DNA from: Raphidiopsis brookii D9
GTDB taxonomy: Bacteria; Cyanobacteriota; Cyanobacteriia; Cyanobacteriales; Nostocaceae
Assembly (NCBI GenBank): GCA_000175855.1
Contig: ACYB01000027.1
Span: forward strand, 1 to 32,000
Length of the DNA stretch: 32,000 nt
Direction: 5' to 3'
The notes beneath the pieces are model-generated. The model was not told where the DNA came from, made no database searches, and worked only from the letters and a program-made list of their open reading frames with translations. Below, piece by piece: positions 16,369 to 27,381 of this stretch (its first letter is position 1; each line of letters begins with the position of its first letter). The translations under genes and the position numbers were made by a program.

Positions 16369-17487
16369 ATGGTAAACGGAAGGTTAAAACTATTAGTAGC
16401 TGCTAGTGGTACGGGTGGACATTTATTTCCAGCGATCGCTCTGGCCGAGAAATTGACGGAATATGATATCGAATGGTTAGGAGTACCCAATAGACTGGAA
16501 ACCCAGCTAGTGCCAAACCAATACCCCCTACATACTATCCCAGTGGAAGGTTTTCAGAAGGGTCTGAGTTTAGCTTCTTTAACTGTCATCTGGAAACTGG
16601 TCCGGTCCATTTTTTGGGTGAGACAGATTCTTCATCAAGGTCGGTTTCAAGGAGTATTCACTACAGGTGGCTATATCGCCAGTCCAGCTATTATTGCAGC
16701 TCGTTCCTTGGGGTTACCAGTTATTTTTCATGAGTCCAATGCTCTACCTGGAAAGGTGACCCGATTTTTCGGTTCCTATTGCACTAGAGTGGCTATAGGA
16801 TTTGACGTAACTACCAAATATTTACCCAATGCTAAAACTGTATGTGTTGGCACCCCCGTGCGATCGCAGTTTTTAAACCGCAAAGCCAATTCTCCACTAG
16901 AGTTACCCATACCCGATGAAGCACCCTTAATTGTAGTTTTTGGGGGTAGTCAGGGAGCAGTAGGGGTAAATCAATTGGTTAGACAAGCAGTAATTGCTTG
17001 GTGTAATGCAGGAGCTTATGTTGTCCACTTGACGGGAGATAAGGATCCTGATGCTAACAGTTTACAACACCCCCAATACATAGTTTTACCCTTCTATGAA
17101 AATATGGCAGGTTTGTTGGGTCGAGCTAATCTAGCTATTAGTCGTTCTGGAGCTGGGAGTTTAGCCGAGTTGGCAGTTTGTGGTACTCCTGCTATTTTAA
17201 TTCCCTATCCTTTTGCAGCGGAAGATCATCAATCCTATAATGCTGCTGTTTTTACCAAGGCTGGTGCTGCTTTAACTTTTCAACAATCAAAACTAACAGC
17301 AGTAATTTTACAGAACCAAGTTTTAGAACTATTAAAGTCGCCAACAATTTTACAAGGGATGAGTCATAGTGCTAAAGCTATAGCTGTTGTCGATAGTGCT
17401 GAGCAATTGGCTGAATTGGTGAGACAGATTTTCAGTTCCAACCACACCCAAACCAAGAGTTTAGAAAAACGAGAAATTTTCCACTGA
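16369..17487 (+). CDS. murG: undecaprenyldiphospho-muramoylpentapeptide beta-N-acetylglucosaminyltransferase MurG
   Basis: N-terminal AASGTGGHLFPAIALAEKL glycine loop, HESNALPG, FGGSQGA, and a length and order typical of MurG. Confidence 0.93.
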   Translation: MVNGRLKLLVAASGTGGHLFPAIALAEKLTEYDIEWLGVPNRLETQLVPNQYPLHTIPVEGFQKGLSLASLTVIWKLVRSIFWVRQILHQGRFQGVFTTGGYIASPAIIAARSLGLPVIFHESNALPGKVTRFFGSYCTRVAIGFDVTTKYLPNAKTVCVGTPVRSQFLNRKANSPLELPIPDEAPLIVVFGGSQGAVGVNQLVRQAVIAWCNAGAYVVHLTGDKDPDANSLQHPQYIVLPFYENMAGLLGRANLAISRSGAGSLAELAVCGTPAILIPYPFAAEDHQSYNAAVFTKAGAALTFQQSKLTAVILQNQVLELLKSPTILQGMSHSAKAIAVVDSAEQLAELVRQIFSSNHTQTKSLEKREIFH

Positions 17488-17583
17488 TTTTAACTCTTTA
17501 CTTCCCCACTAGTCAAGTTTTAGATTAGAATGAGGTATTGCAAACCATAGCAAGTTATAGCCGGATTTTCCCCGGAGGTACGA

Positions 17584-17883
17584 TTGACCAAATTTATCTT
17601 AAAAATTCTCTGGTTAGATGATAATGTGGCCTTAGCAGTGGACCAAGTTGTCGGTAAAGGTACTAGTCCCCTGACTAAATATTTCTTCTGGCCCCGTAAT
17701 GATGCTTGGGAAGAACTCAAGAAGGAGTTGGAATCCAAACACTGGATCAGTAATCCTGATCGCGTGGAATTACTGAACAAGGCCACAGAGGTGATTAATT
17801 ATTGGCAGGAAGAGGGTAAAAACCGCCCCATGTCTGAAGCACAGTTAAAGTTTCCCGAAGTTGCTTTCACTGGTAGCACTTGA
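17584..17883 (+). CDS. ycf65: 30S ribosomal protein PSRP-3 / Ycf65
   Basis: [44 protein letters not shown]...[15 protein letters not shown] is the Ycf65 signature as I recall it. TTG start at 17584, preceded by GGAGG at 17574-17578. Confidence 0.88.
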   Translation: MTKFILKILWLDDNVALAVDQVVGKGTSPLTKYFFWPRNDAWEELKKELESKHWISNPDRVELLNKATEVINYWQEEGKNRPMSEAQLKFPEVAFTGST

Positions 17884-17905
17884 TTGCTCTCTCCGCCAAT
17901 TAAAC

Positions 17906-17947
17906 CTGCATGATGGTTACTACCACCATGCAGTCTGTTGTTTATTT
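17906..17947 (+). terminator. rho-independent terminator candidate between convergent ycf65 and atpC
   Basis: Stem CTGCATGATGGT (17906-17917), loop TACT, stem ACCACCATGCAG (17922-17933) with 1 mismatch. It is followed by the T-rich tctgttgtttatttta. Confidence 0.55.
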
Positions 17948-17952
17948 TATCC

Positions 17953-18366
17953 TCATACCATACCACCAGCAGCTTGGAAGCGAGCTCGAGCCCGTTTTAA
18001 TGCTGCCGTAGCCTGTATTTGGGCTTGCCTGTCTCCTCCTGCAACCTGGTTTAGTTTAGTTTGAGCTGCGTTAAACTCCGAACGAGCTTCCTCTAAATTA
18101 ATAGTGTCACCACGCTGAGCCCCATTTACCAGGATAGTTACTTCATCTTCTTCAACTTCCGCAAAACCACCTAAAAGAGCTATGGACTGCCAGTTGGCAT
18201 TTTTCTCTGCCCTTACACGCATTACACCTATGTCTAATGCGGTTAACATGGGAGCGTGACCACTTAGTACACCTAATTGACCAGTAGTGCTAGGGAGGAT
18301 TACCTCATCAGCAGGACCATCCCAGACGGTTTTATCTGGGGAAACTACACGAATGGTTAATGTCAT
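17953..18366 (-). CDS. atpC: F0F1 ATP synthase subunit epsilon
   Basis: [45 protein letters not shown] is a typical epsilon N-terminus. I prefer the ATG at 18366 (137 aa) over the ORF-track start at 18405. Confidence 0.9.
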   Translation of the reverse strand: MTLTIRVVSPDKTVWDGPADEVILPSTTGQLGVLSGHAPMLTALDIGVMRVRAEKNANWQSIALLGGFAEVEEDEVTILVNGAQRGDTINLEEARSEFNAAQTKLNQVAGGDRQAQIQATAALKRARARFQAAGGMV

Positions 18367-18400
18367 CTGTCTGTTTTCCTTGATTATTTCTAATTTGTCA

Positions 18401-18432
18401 GTCACTAGTTGTTGAGACTAGTGACTAGTGAC
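18401..18432. repeat. hairpin / short tandem heptamer (STRR-like) element in the atpD-atpC spacer
   Basis: GTCACTAGT (18401-18409), loop tgttgag, ACTAGTGAC (18417-18425), followed by a further TAGTGAC copy (18426-18432). Confidence 0.6.
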
Positions 18433-18437
18433 AATGA

Positions 18438-19916
<1,479 letters not shown>

Positions 19917-20040
19917 TCAAGTTGGTCTTCAAAGACCACAAGATCAAGCAATATCATCTTTTAGGTTAGCACTTAACGATCCCATCTTTGCTCTAAATTC
20001 ATCATTTGCCAAGAATTTCCTTTGGAGCAAATTTCTTCTC

Positions 20041-20439
20041 CTATTTCTTGGTCGCTATGGCCAATTTCACCCCTTCCACTTGTCTTATTTGATCCATTAC
20101 CGCTACTACCTGCCCATGACTAACGGATTTGTCTGCATTAATTACTACAATTAATGGCTTTGATGGTTTCCTTTGTGATTTTACTTCTTTTGACAACTGC
20201 TGTAAATTAATTTTTTGTTGATTCAAAAAAATCTGGCCCTGGGGATTAATTGTCACTGTTATTTGCGGAGGGGGACCAGTTTGGGTTGTTCCCCCTTGAG
20301 GCAAATTTACAGGTAAGCTATTGAAACGGGTCAAGTATAAAGATGACATGATAAAAAAAGTCAAGATTGCGAATATAACATCAATCATGGGCACAATATT
20401 AATTTGTGCTGGTATATCCGGTTCATCTGGTAGACGCAT
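20041..20439 (-). CDS. exbD: ExbD/TolR-family biopolymer transport protein
   Basis: MRLPDEPDIPAQINIVPMIDVIFAILTFFI is a typical ExbD N-terminus and transmembrane helix. I prefer the Met at 20439, which leaves a 17-nt overlap with exbB. Confidence 0.8.
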   Translation of the reverse strand: MRLPDEPDIPAQINIVPMIDVIFAILTFFIMSSLYLTRFNSLPVNLPQGGTTQTGPPPQITVTINPQGQIFLNQQKINLQQLSKEVKSQRKPSKPLIVVINADKSVSHGQVVAVMDQIRQVEGVKLAIATKK

Positions 20440-21076
20440 AGGATTTATCTCCCCGTTCATAACGACGACGGTATAATAGTTCTAGTTGTCCACCGTATTC
20501 TTGTATTAGGGCTATTTGCCTTTGGTAAAGACCTCGAAAGGAATTGGCAAATAAGAGGGTGAAAATAGCTACAATTAGACCTGTAGCAGTAGAAACTAAC
20601 GCCTCACTAATACCACCGGTAACACCTGCTGTTTGAGTCCCTCCCACATTGCCAATATTTAAAGAAGCAAAGGAATTAATCAGTCCCAACACGGTTCCCA
20701 ATAATCCTAATAGGGGGGCCAGGGCAATAATGGTGTCAAAAACCGTCGTGAATCGTTTCAATAAGGGTATTTCCGCCTGAGCTTCAGTTTCCAAGGCCAA
20801 ACGAAATTCCTCCGGGTTGGGTTCTTCTAGTTCTAAAGCAGTCAAAAAGATCCGAGCTATGGGTAAGTCAGCATTCCTTTGCAGAATGTCAACGATATTA
20901 ACTAAGTTATTCTGACGATATAGATTCAATACGTACTTAACTACTTTTTCTTCTCGCTTGGTAATTTTTGACCAAAACCAAATACGCTCAATAATTAGTC
21001 CTACTGCAATTATGGAAGACAATAGCAGTGGCCACATAACCACGCCACCAGCTATAAATAATTGTTTAATGTCCAT
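20423..21076 (-). CDS. exbB: MotA/TolQ/ExbB proton-channel family protein
   Basis: Three transmembrane segments and the conserved LGLLGTVLGLINSF...GGISEALVSTATGL region. Confidence 0.85.
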   Translation of the reverse strand: MDIKQLFIAGGVVMWPLLLSSIIAVGLIIERIWFWSKITKREEKVVKYVLNLYRQNNLVNIVDILQRNADLPIARIFLTALELEEPNPEEFRLALETEAQAEIPLLKRFTTVFDTIIALAPLLGLLGTVLGLINSFASLNIGNVGGTQTAGVTGGISEALVSTATGLIVAIFTLLFANSFRGLYQRQIALIQEYGGQLELLYRRRYERGDKSYASTR

Positions 21077-21252
21077 ACTGATTCTTCATACCTTCGCTGA
21101 ACACAAAAAATAATTTACCTCGTGCCATTTTCCTATATACCAACCACAAAAAGCAAATATGTCAAGTGTATACTGCATGGTAAAGTCCAGGTTAATTAAT
21201 GGTTATTTTTTGTTTGATATATTAGAAATATAAGTAAGAGATTAGATTACTC

Positions 21253-22074
21253 ATGATCTGGCCGTTTAAACCCAAGTTTCGTAAACAAATCGCTCGCATT
21301 GAAATTACTGGTGCGATCGCCAGTAGCACAAGAAAGCGAGTGTTGGAAGCCATAAAAACCGTAGAAGAGAGAAAATTCCCTGCTCTGTTGCTACGTATTG
21401 ACAGTCCTGGTGGTACGGTAGGGGATTCCCAAGAGATCTATGGTGCCCTCAAGGAATTGGGCAAAAAAACCAAAATCGTCGCCAGTTTTGGCAACATATC
21501 CGCTTCGGGTGGTGTCTATATAGGCATGGGGGCGAAGCATATTATGGCCAATCCAGGTACAATTACAGGTAGTATAGGTGTAATCCTACGGGGAAACAAT
21601 CTAGAACGCTTGTTGGAAAAAGTTGGTGTGTCTTTTAAAGTAATTAAGTCTGGTCCATACAAAGACATTTTATCCTTTGACAGAGAACTGACCCAACCAG
21701 AGGAAAATATCCTGCAAGAACTGATTGATGTCAGTTATCAGCAATTTATTCAAACAGTAGCTCAGGCGCGCGCCTTACCTATAGAAACTGTCAAAACATT
21801 CGCTGACGGACGTATTTTTACAGGAGAGCAGGCCTTAAACTTGGGAGTTGTAGACCGTTTGGGAACGGAGGAAGATGCTCGACGTTGGACCGCTGAATTG
21901 GTGGGACTTGATCCCCAAAAAACTCCCTGCTATACCTTAGAAGAGCGGAAACCATTATTAAGTCGAGTTCTACCAGGTAGTCGCTATCCCAAATCAAGTA
22001 TTAGATCTGGAATTGATTGGCTGGAGTTTGAAATGTCTACAAGTGGGTTACCACTGTGGTTATATAGACCCTAG
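21253..22074 (+). CDS. sppA: signal peptide peptidase SppA, 36K type
   Basis: IDSPGGTV, the catalytic-Ser region GNISASGGVYIG, and GSIGV...KSGPYKD are typical of the S49 peptidase family. Confidence 0.88.
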   Translation: MIWPFKPKFRKQIARIEITGAIASSTRKRVLEAIKTVEERKFPALLLRIDSPGGTVGDSQEIYGALKELGKKTKIVASFGNISASGGVYIGMGAKHIMANPGTITGSIGVILRGNNLERLLEKVGVSFKVIKSGPYKDILSFDRELTQPEENILQELIDVSYQQFIQTVAQARALPIETVKTFADGRIFTGEQALNLGVVDRLGTEEDARRWTAELVGLDPQKTPCYTLEERKPLLSRVLPGSRYPKSSIRSGIDWLEFEMSTSGLPLWLYRP

Positions 22075-22095
22075 AAGGTTATGTCATTCGTCAAT

Positions 22096-22130
22096 GGTCA
22101 GTCGTAAAAATTGGCAACTGACGACTGACC
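22096..22130. repeat. inverted repeat between sppA and aroH
   Basis: GGTCAGTCGT (22096-22105) and ACGACTGACC (22121-22130) form a perfect 10-bp stem with a 15-nt loop. Flanking CTGAC/TGACA words recall Nostocales short repeats. Confidence 0.5.
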
Positions 22131-22167
22131 GCTGATAGTAATAACTGACAACTAGAAAAGGAGGAAC

Positions 22168-22554
22168 TTGGAAGTGGAATGGCAAATGCGGGCAATTCGT
22201 GGCGCGACAACTGTTGCGGAAAATAGCGTAGTGGCAATTACGGAAGCAGTGACGGAATTACTTAATGAATTGGAAGACCGCAATCAACTGCGACCTACGG
22301 AAATTTTGAGTGTCACCTTCTCTGTTACCCGTGACTTAGATGCTATCTTTCCAGCAGCGATCGCCCGCAGTCGTCCTTTATGGGATAGCGTGGCCATGCT
22401 AGATGTTCAACAAATGTATGTGGAAGGAAGTTTGCAGCGCTGTATAAGGTTTTTAATTCATGCCTATTTACCCACTTCTTCTCCCATACACCACGTGTAT
22501 TTACGTCAAGCAGCTAAATTACGTCCCGATTGGGGATTTGTGGGAGTTCAATAA
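22168..22554 (+). CDS. aroH: chorismate mutase, AroH class
   Basis: MRAIRGATTV...VTFSVTRDLDAIFPA...LIH is the AroH signature. The start is ambiguous (TTG 22168, GTG 22174 or ATG 22186) downstream of AAGGAGGA at 22158-22165. Confidence 0.85.
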   Translation: MEVEWQMRAIRGATTVAENSVVAITEAVTELLNELEDRNQLRPTEILSVTFSVTRDLDAIFPAAIARSRPLWDSVAMLDVQQMYVEGSLQRCIRFLIHAYLPTSSPIHHVYLRQAAKLRPDWGFVGVQ

Positions 22555-22928
22555 TTTAGCAAGTTGGCAGGTATTAACGTTATGGAGCTGCAACTACTAC
22601 TAAACAATTTAAAACTAGTCGTGAATCATTCTTTATCTTGCCTTTTGGTGAGTACTTATGCTTAAAAAATGCTGGTTTTTAGAGTAACAATGGAGGAAAA
22701 AATAATAAATTCTGAAATCTATATAAATTAATGCTTTCACCTACCCACTTTCGACTACAAGACCTTAGAATAATTCATTGAAAAGTCGAGCTGATCTGAT
22801 GTACAGGGGTTGGGAGTGTAAATACTCTTAACGAACGATTTTTGTAATTCTACCGACAGAGATTTCCGTAAAGATGCGACAGGATTTCATCTTGCAGTAA
22901 ATTTCAAGTAAACCTCAAGGAGTTTGAT

Positions 22929-23213
22929 ATGAACAAGGCTGAATTAGTAGATGCAGTGTCCGAAAAAGCTAGCGTGACCAAAAAACAAGCGGATGCTGTA
23001 ATCAGTGCTGCCATTGACACTATTATTGAAGCGGTTGCTTCAGGTGATAAAGTTACTTTGGTTGGTTTTGGTTCTTTTGAATCACGGGACCGTAAAGCTC
23101 GTGAAGGTCGTAACCCTAAAACTAATGAAAAAATGGAAATCCCAGCCACGAAGGTTCCTGCTTTCTCTGCTGGGAAACTATTTAGAGAAAAGGTAGCACC
23201 CCCAAAAGAGTAG
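22929..23213 (+). CDS. hup: HU family DNA-binding protein
   Basis: MNKAELVDAVSEKASVTKKQADAVISA...GFGSFESRDRKAREGRNPKTNEKMEIPATKVPAFSAGK is canonical HU. Confidence 0.95.
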   Translation: MNKAELVDAVSEKASVTKKQADAVISAAIDTIIEAVASGDKVTLVGFGSFESRDRKAREGRNPKTNEKMEIPATKVPAFSAGKLFREKVAPPKE

Positions 23214-23239
23214 TTTTAGTTCTAGGAAGCGCAGTTTTG

Positions 23240-24316
23240 ATGGGACACAAAGCACATGGGGGAAATCTAGCTTGGGCGGCGGCATTAGCTGGCTGTTCCC
23301 CGGAGGCTATTGTGGACTTTTCCGCTAGTATTAGCCCCTTGGGACCGCCTAAAACCGTAATTGATGCGATCGCCTCCCAATTGGCTAGTCTAAAACATTA
23401 TCCCGACCCGGATTACACGGAACTAAAACTGGCTCTGGGTCGTTTCCATGAACTACCACCGGACTGGATTTTACCCGGTAATGGTTCGGCTGAATTGCTA
23501 ACCCTAGTGGGTAGGGAACTAGCACAACTAAGAGGAACTATATTAGTAACTCCGGCTTTTGGCGATTATTACCGCACTCTGGCGGCCTATAATGCTAAAG
23601 TGTTGGAGTTTCCTATGGATTTAAGTTGGGAGAGGGGGTTACCCCCCCTTTTATCTTCTGTTTCTGGATCGGGGGAATATGGATTGTTGCTGAATAATCC
23701 CCACAATCCAACGGGTAAGTTATTTTTACGGGAGGAGATTTTACCCTACTTACAGGATTTTGCTCTGGTGTTGGTAGATGAAGCGTTTATGGATTTTCTC
23801 ACCCCCGCACAAGAGCAAAGTTTGATAGGGTTAGTTCGGGAATATAGGAATTTGGTCATATTGCGATCGCTGACTAAGTTCTACAGTTTGCCAGGTCTGA
23901 GATTAGGCTATGCTATAGCTACACCTGACCTGGTACAAAAATGGCAGTCTTGGCGAGATCCCTGGCCCGTAAACAATTTAGCCGTATGTGCTGCTATAGC
24001 TGCACTTCAAGATCAGGAATTTCAACACCAAACCTGGACCTGGTTACCTCAAGCCAGGAATCAACTTGTACAAGGTTTATCTGGTTTACCTGCTCTTAGA
24101 CCTTTGCCGGGTGCTGTCAACTATTTATTGGTAGAGTCCCAAATTTCCACTTCTTGGTTACAAGAACAGCTACTAGTAAAACACCAAATCCTCATTCGTG
24201 ACTGTTTGAGTTTTAAGGAACTAGGCGATCGCTATTTTCGTGTTGCTGTGCGCTCCATACCAGATAATCAACGTTTAATTACTGCTCTGGAATCCATAAT
24301 GCAAAATCATCTATGA
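23240..24316 (+). CDS. cobD: threonine-phosphate decarboxylase (CobD), PLP-dependent class I/II aminotransferase fold
   Basis: N-terminal HGGN motif, NPHNPTG, and the PLP lysine context RSLTKFYSLPGLRLGY. I prefer the ATG at 23240 over the TTG at 23237. Confidence 0.8.
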   Translation: MGHKAHGGNLAWAAALAGCSPEAIVDFSASISPLGPPKTVIDAIASQLASLKHYPDPDYTELKLALGRFHELPPDWILPGNGSAELLTLVGRELAQLRGTILVTPAFGDYYRTLAAYNAKVLEFPMDLSWERGLPPLLSSVSGSGEYGLLLNNPHNPTGKLFLREEILPYLQDFALVLVDEAFMDFLTPAQEQSLIGLVREYRNLVILRSLTKFYSLPGLRLGYAIATPDLVQKWQSWRDPWPVNNLAVCAAIAALQDQEFQHQTWTWLPQARNQLVQGLSGLPALRPLPGAVNYLLVESQISTSWLQEQLLVKHQILIRDCLSFKELGDRYFRVAVRSIPDNQRLITALESIMQNHL

Positions 24317-25791
24317 AACTGGACTATGATATAATAATCATTGGTGATAGTATTGCGGGATATGAAGCTGCTTTATATGCAGCTCAACTACATGCCAAAG
24401 TAGCTTTAGTAAAGTCCCAACCCACTTACCAACTAAACTATGTTTACCCATTGAGGGAACTGAGCAGAATCTCTTATCAGTACTTAGAAATGATGGGTTT
24501 AGGCATTTGTGCCAATCAATCTCCTAGTACGGAAGTAATAAAGCAGCTGCAACAGTCAGAAAGATGTTTAATTTCTTCTTACCAGCGGGCAATATTTTAT
24601 GCCCAAGGTATGGAGTCCCAATTTAACTTAATAAATTCCCTGGATAATTTAGCTACTCAAGGAGTAGATATAATTATTGGTAGGGGGGAGTTTGCCAATT
24701 CTAGAAAACCCAGTTTTAGAGTTCAAGGTCGAACTTTAAGGGGGAGTAGATACTTACTGGCCTGTGGTTCGGTGACTAAAATTCCCGACATAGAAAATCT
24801 TGCCACCACTGGTTATGTTACCCTAACCAATATTTGGCAATACCTAGTAAGCGCCAATCTACCTAAACGCTGGGTAATTCTTGGTGGTTTACCCCAAAGT
24901 ATAGAAATCGCTCAAACCCTAGTTCATTTAGGTTGCCATATAGATTTAGTCCTCAACCATCCCACGGTTTTATCGTATTTAGAGCCAGAAATAGTTGAAT
25001 TACTCATGGCCCAACTAGAAGCTGAAGGGGTAAGTATTTTCCGAGAACAAACGGTCACCCAAACAAGAAAAATTAAAGGTCAAAAATGGGTACAACTAAA
25101 AGACCAAGCCATAGAAACTGACGAAATTTTAATAGCTGATCACCAACAACCAAAAATAGACAACCTGAACTTAGCCAGTCCGAGAATTAAATCCTCAAGC
25201 GATCGCCTGATCACCAACGACAAACTACAAACCACCAATCCCAAAATTTATGCCTGTGGAGATATTATAGGTGGTTATGATATGGAGAACATTGCCAAAT
25301 ACGAGGCAAAAATAGCTGTGAAAAACGCCCTATTTTTTCCTAGACATCGGGTAAACTACAGTGCCATTCCCTGGATAATATCTACCCAACCTATGGTAGC
25401 TCAGGTAGGAATCACCGAATTACAGGCCAAAAAAACATATAATAAAAATCGAGTTCTAGTTTTTAAAAACTACTTTAAGACCACAACAGCAGGTCAAGTT
25501 AAAAATGAGACCACAGGTATTTGCAAACTAATTGTTTTAGAAAACGGCAAAATTTTAGGGTGTAGTATATTTGGTCAACAAGCAGAAGAAATAATCAACC
25601 TTATTGCCCTAGCAATAGCTCAAAACTTGAAAATTGACAACTTAGAAAATTTAGCTGTGGTCTACCCTAGCTGCTCAGAAATTCTCACCCAAACCGCTAG
25701 GGAATGGAGCACCCACAAACTACACAAAAACCACCTGTTACAAGAGTTCCTGCAGAGTTTTTTACATTTTCGCCGGGAATGGAAGTTTTAA
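24313..25791 (+). CDS. pyridine nucleotide-disulfide oxidoreductase-fold protein with degenerate active-site motifs
   Basis: The overall order matches the lipoamide-dehydrogenase/glutathione-reductase fold (YDIIIIGDSIAG..., ...YACGDIIGG..., C-terminal dimerisation domain). However, there is no CxxxxC near the N-terminus, GxGxxG is replaced by GDSIAG, and HPT.SE is replaced by YPSCSE. The start overlaps the cobD stop (ATGA). Confidence 0.7.
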   Translation: MKLDYDIIIIGDSIAGYEAALYAAQLHAKVALVKSQPTYQLNYVYPLRELSRISYQYLEMMGLGICANQSPSTEVIKQLQQSERCLISSYQRAIFYAQGMESQFNLINSLDNLATQGVDIIIGRGEFANSRKPSFRVQGRTLRGSRYLLACGSVTKIPDIENLATTGYVTLTNIWQYLVSANLPKRWVILGGLPQSIEIAQTLVHLGCHIDLVLNHPTVLSYLEPEIVELLMAQLEAEGVSIFREQTVTQTRKIKGQKWVQLKDQAIETDEILIADHQQPKIDNLNLASPRIKSSSDRLITNDKLQTTNPKIYACGDIIGGYDMENIAKYEAKIAVKNALFFPRHRVNYSAIPWIISTQPMVAQVGITELQAKKTYNKNRVLVFKNYFKTTTAGQVKNETTGICKLIVLENGKILGCSIFGQQAEEIINLIALAIAQNLKIDNLENLAVVYPSCSEILTQTAREWSTHKLHKNHLLQEFLQSFLHFRREWKF

Positions 25792-25827
25792 CATCCATCC
25801 CAGCAAAAGGAAAAATATCGCCAATAT

Positions 25828-27000
25828 CTAACGAATATACTCCTTGAGAACACTGTTCCGATTGGGATGACGCAGTTTCCGCAGGGCCTTAGCCTCGATT
25901 TGTCGAATCCTTTCCCGGGTAACATTAAAAATCTGACCGATTTCCTCCAGGGTTTTCATCCGACCATCATCCAAACCATAGCGCAGTCTCAAAACATCCC
26001 TTTCTCGGGGACCCAAACTATCTAAAACTCTTTCTAGGTCTTCCCTAAGAAGACTTTTAGAAACCTGATCCTCAGGTGTTTCACCATCAGATTCAATAAA
26101 ATCTCCTAAACGGGAATCCTCCTCCTTACCAATAGGTGTTTCCAAAGAAATAGGCAATTGAGCTGATTTGGCAATAAACCTCAGTTTTTCAATGGTCATT
26201 TCCATGCGGGTCGCAATTTCTTCCTCCGTGGGTTTGCGTCCCATTTCTTGAGATAAAAGTTTGGTAGTTTTCTTAATCCGTGATATAGTCTCGTAAAGGT
26301 GAACGGGTAAACGAATAGTTCGAGACTGATCAGCTATTGCCCTTGTAATTGCTTGACGGATCCACCAAGTCGCATAAGTAGAAAACTTATAGCCCTTTTC
26401 ATGGTCAAATTTTTCGGCGGCCCGGATCAGACCTAGACTTCCCTCCTGAATTAAGTCCTGGAATGACAAACCCCTATTCATATATTTTTTGGCAATGGAA
26501 ACCACCAACCGTAGGTTGGATTGTACCATTTTATCCTTCGCCCTGCGCCCGACGTGAAGACGATAGCGGAAGGTTGGTAATGGCAATTTTACGGCCTCGG
26601 CCCATTCTCTAAATTCCGGTTCCCTTTCTAGCTGTTCGTATAAATCATCCCTAACTCTTTCTAGCTCCAGCAAATCAGCTATTTTTCGTGCCAACTCAAT
26701 TTCTTCATCTGCCCGTAGTAGTCTGATTCGACCAATCTCTTGCAGGTAAAGACGAATTGAGTCCTCAGTAAATGGCTTCTTCTTAGTCTGTGTGCGACGA
26801 CGCGATTTAGCGGCTTTTCCAGACTTTGCGTCGTCCTCATCAGTCTGAGGCTCTAAAAAATCATCAATATCCCCGTCATCAACTAGCAGTAAGTCCTCTT
26901 CCTCCTCGATTAATAAGAGTTCTTCTTCTATCTCGGGCGGATTTATCATTTCTAGCTCAGGCTGATAAATGCTATCGAGTACGTTGTTAGCCTGGTTCAT
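25828..27000 (-). CDS. sigA: RNA polymerase principal (group 1) sigma factor SigA
   Basis: 390 aa with an acidic N-terminus. Regions 1.2-4.2 include the RpoD box [15 protein letters not shown]. It closely matches Anabaena/Nostoc SigA as I recall it. Confidence 0.97.
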   Translation of the reverse strand: MNQANNVLDSIYQPELEMINPPEIEEELLLIEEEEDLLLVDDGDIDDFLEPQTDEDDAKSGKAAKSRRRTQTKKKPFTEDSIRLYLQEIGRIRLLRADEEIELARKIADLLELERVRDDLYEQLEREPEFREWAEAVKLPLPTFRYRLHVGRRAKDKMVQSNLRLVVSIAKKYMNRGLSFQDLIQEGSLGLIRAAEKFDHEKGYKFSTYATWWIRQAITRAIADQSRTIRLPVHLYETISRIKKTTKLLSQEMGRKPTEEEIATRMEMTIEKLRFIAKSAQLPISLETPIGKEEDSRLGDFIESDGETPEDQVSKSLLREDLERVLDSLGPRERDVLRLRYGLDDGRMKTLEEIGQIFNVTRERIRQIEAKALRKLRHPNRNSVLKEYIR

Positions 27001-27381
27001 GCCGCGTTCCTCATGCTCCTTGCAGAATCAATATTATGGAGTTAATTTTGTTGACTTTATTTTGCCCTTTGTGAAGGCATTATTTTAACTCTTGACGGAT
27101 CCACTGATGTTTTACCGAAGATAGTTCAGTACACAATTCCCAGTTTACCCCGTCCCCACCTCATAAATATAACTGGTGACAGATTTATTTTGTCAACTGT
27201 TTTCTAATTGTAACCTCTTTCACAGAAATTGCACTCTTTTTGTGTATTAACCATGAACTCATTTCCTCATGGAAGGCCACCTTTATCAAAAAGACATTAA
27301 AAATGTATTCACACCATTAATTCTTATTGAAAGCTTTTTGGTTTATCATTAGTCTGTTTGTTGCTATCTTCCCCTGGAGGA

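Noticed and set aside
17520-17786. 88-codon minus-strand ORF overlapping ycf65
   Set aside because: The opposite strand encodes the well-conserved PSRP-3 sequence, and the minus-strand product is featureless.
19925-19945. TGGTCTtcaaAGACCA hairpin downstream of exbD as a terminator
   Set aside because: The stem is only 6 bp with no U-tract on either strand, and it lies about 100 nt from the stop codon. This is too weak to call.
20423-20460. 38-nt overlap of exbB and exbD as a frameshift or fusion
   Set aside because: An internal Met at 20439 gives the canonical ExbD N-terminus MRLPDEPD. The remaining 17-nt overlap is ordinary operon coupling.
22555-22928. Long (374 nt) non-coding region upstream of the HU gene, and the 381-nt region 27001-27381 upstream of sigA, as riboswitch or sRNA loci
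   Set aside because: I could see only short 4-6-bp hairpins and no recognisable conserved RNA motif. Long leaders and multiple promoters are expected for these highly regulated genes. This cannot be settled without transcript data.
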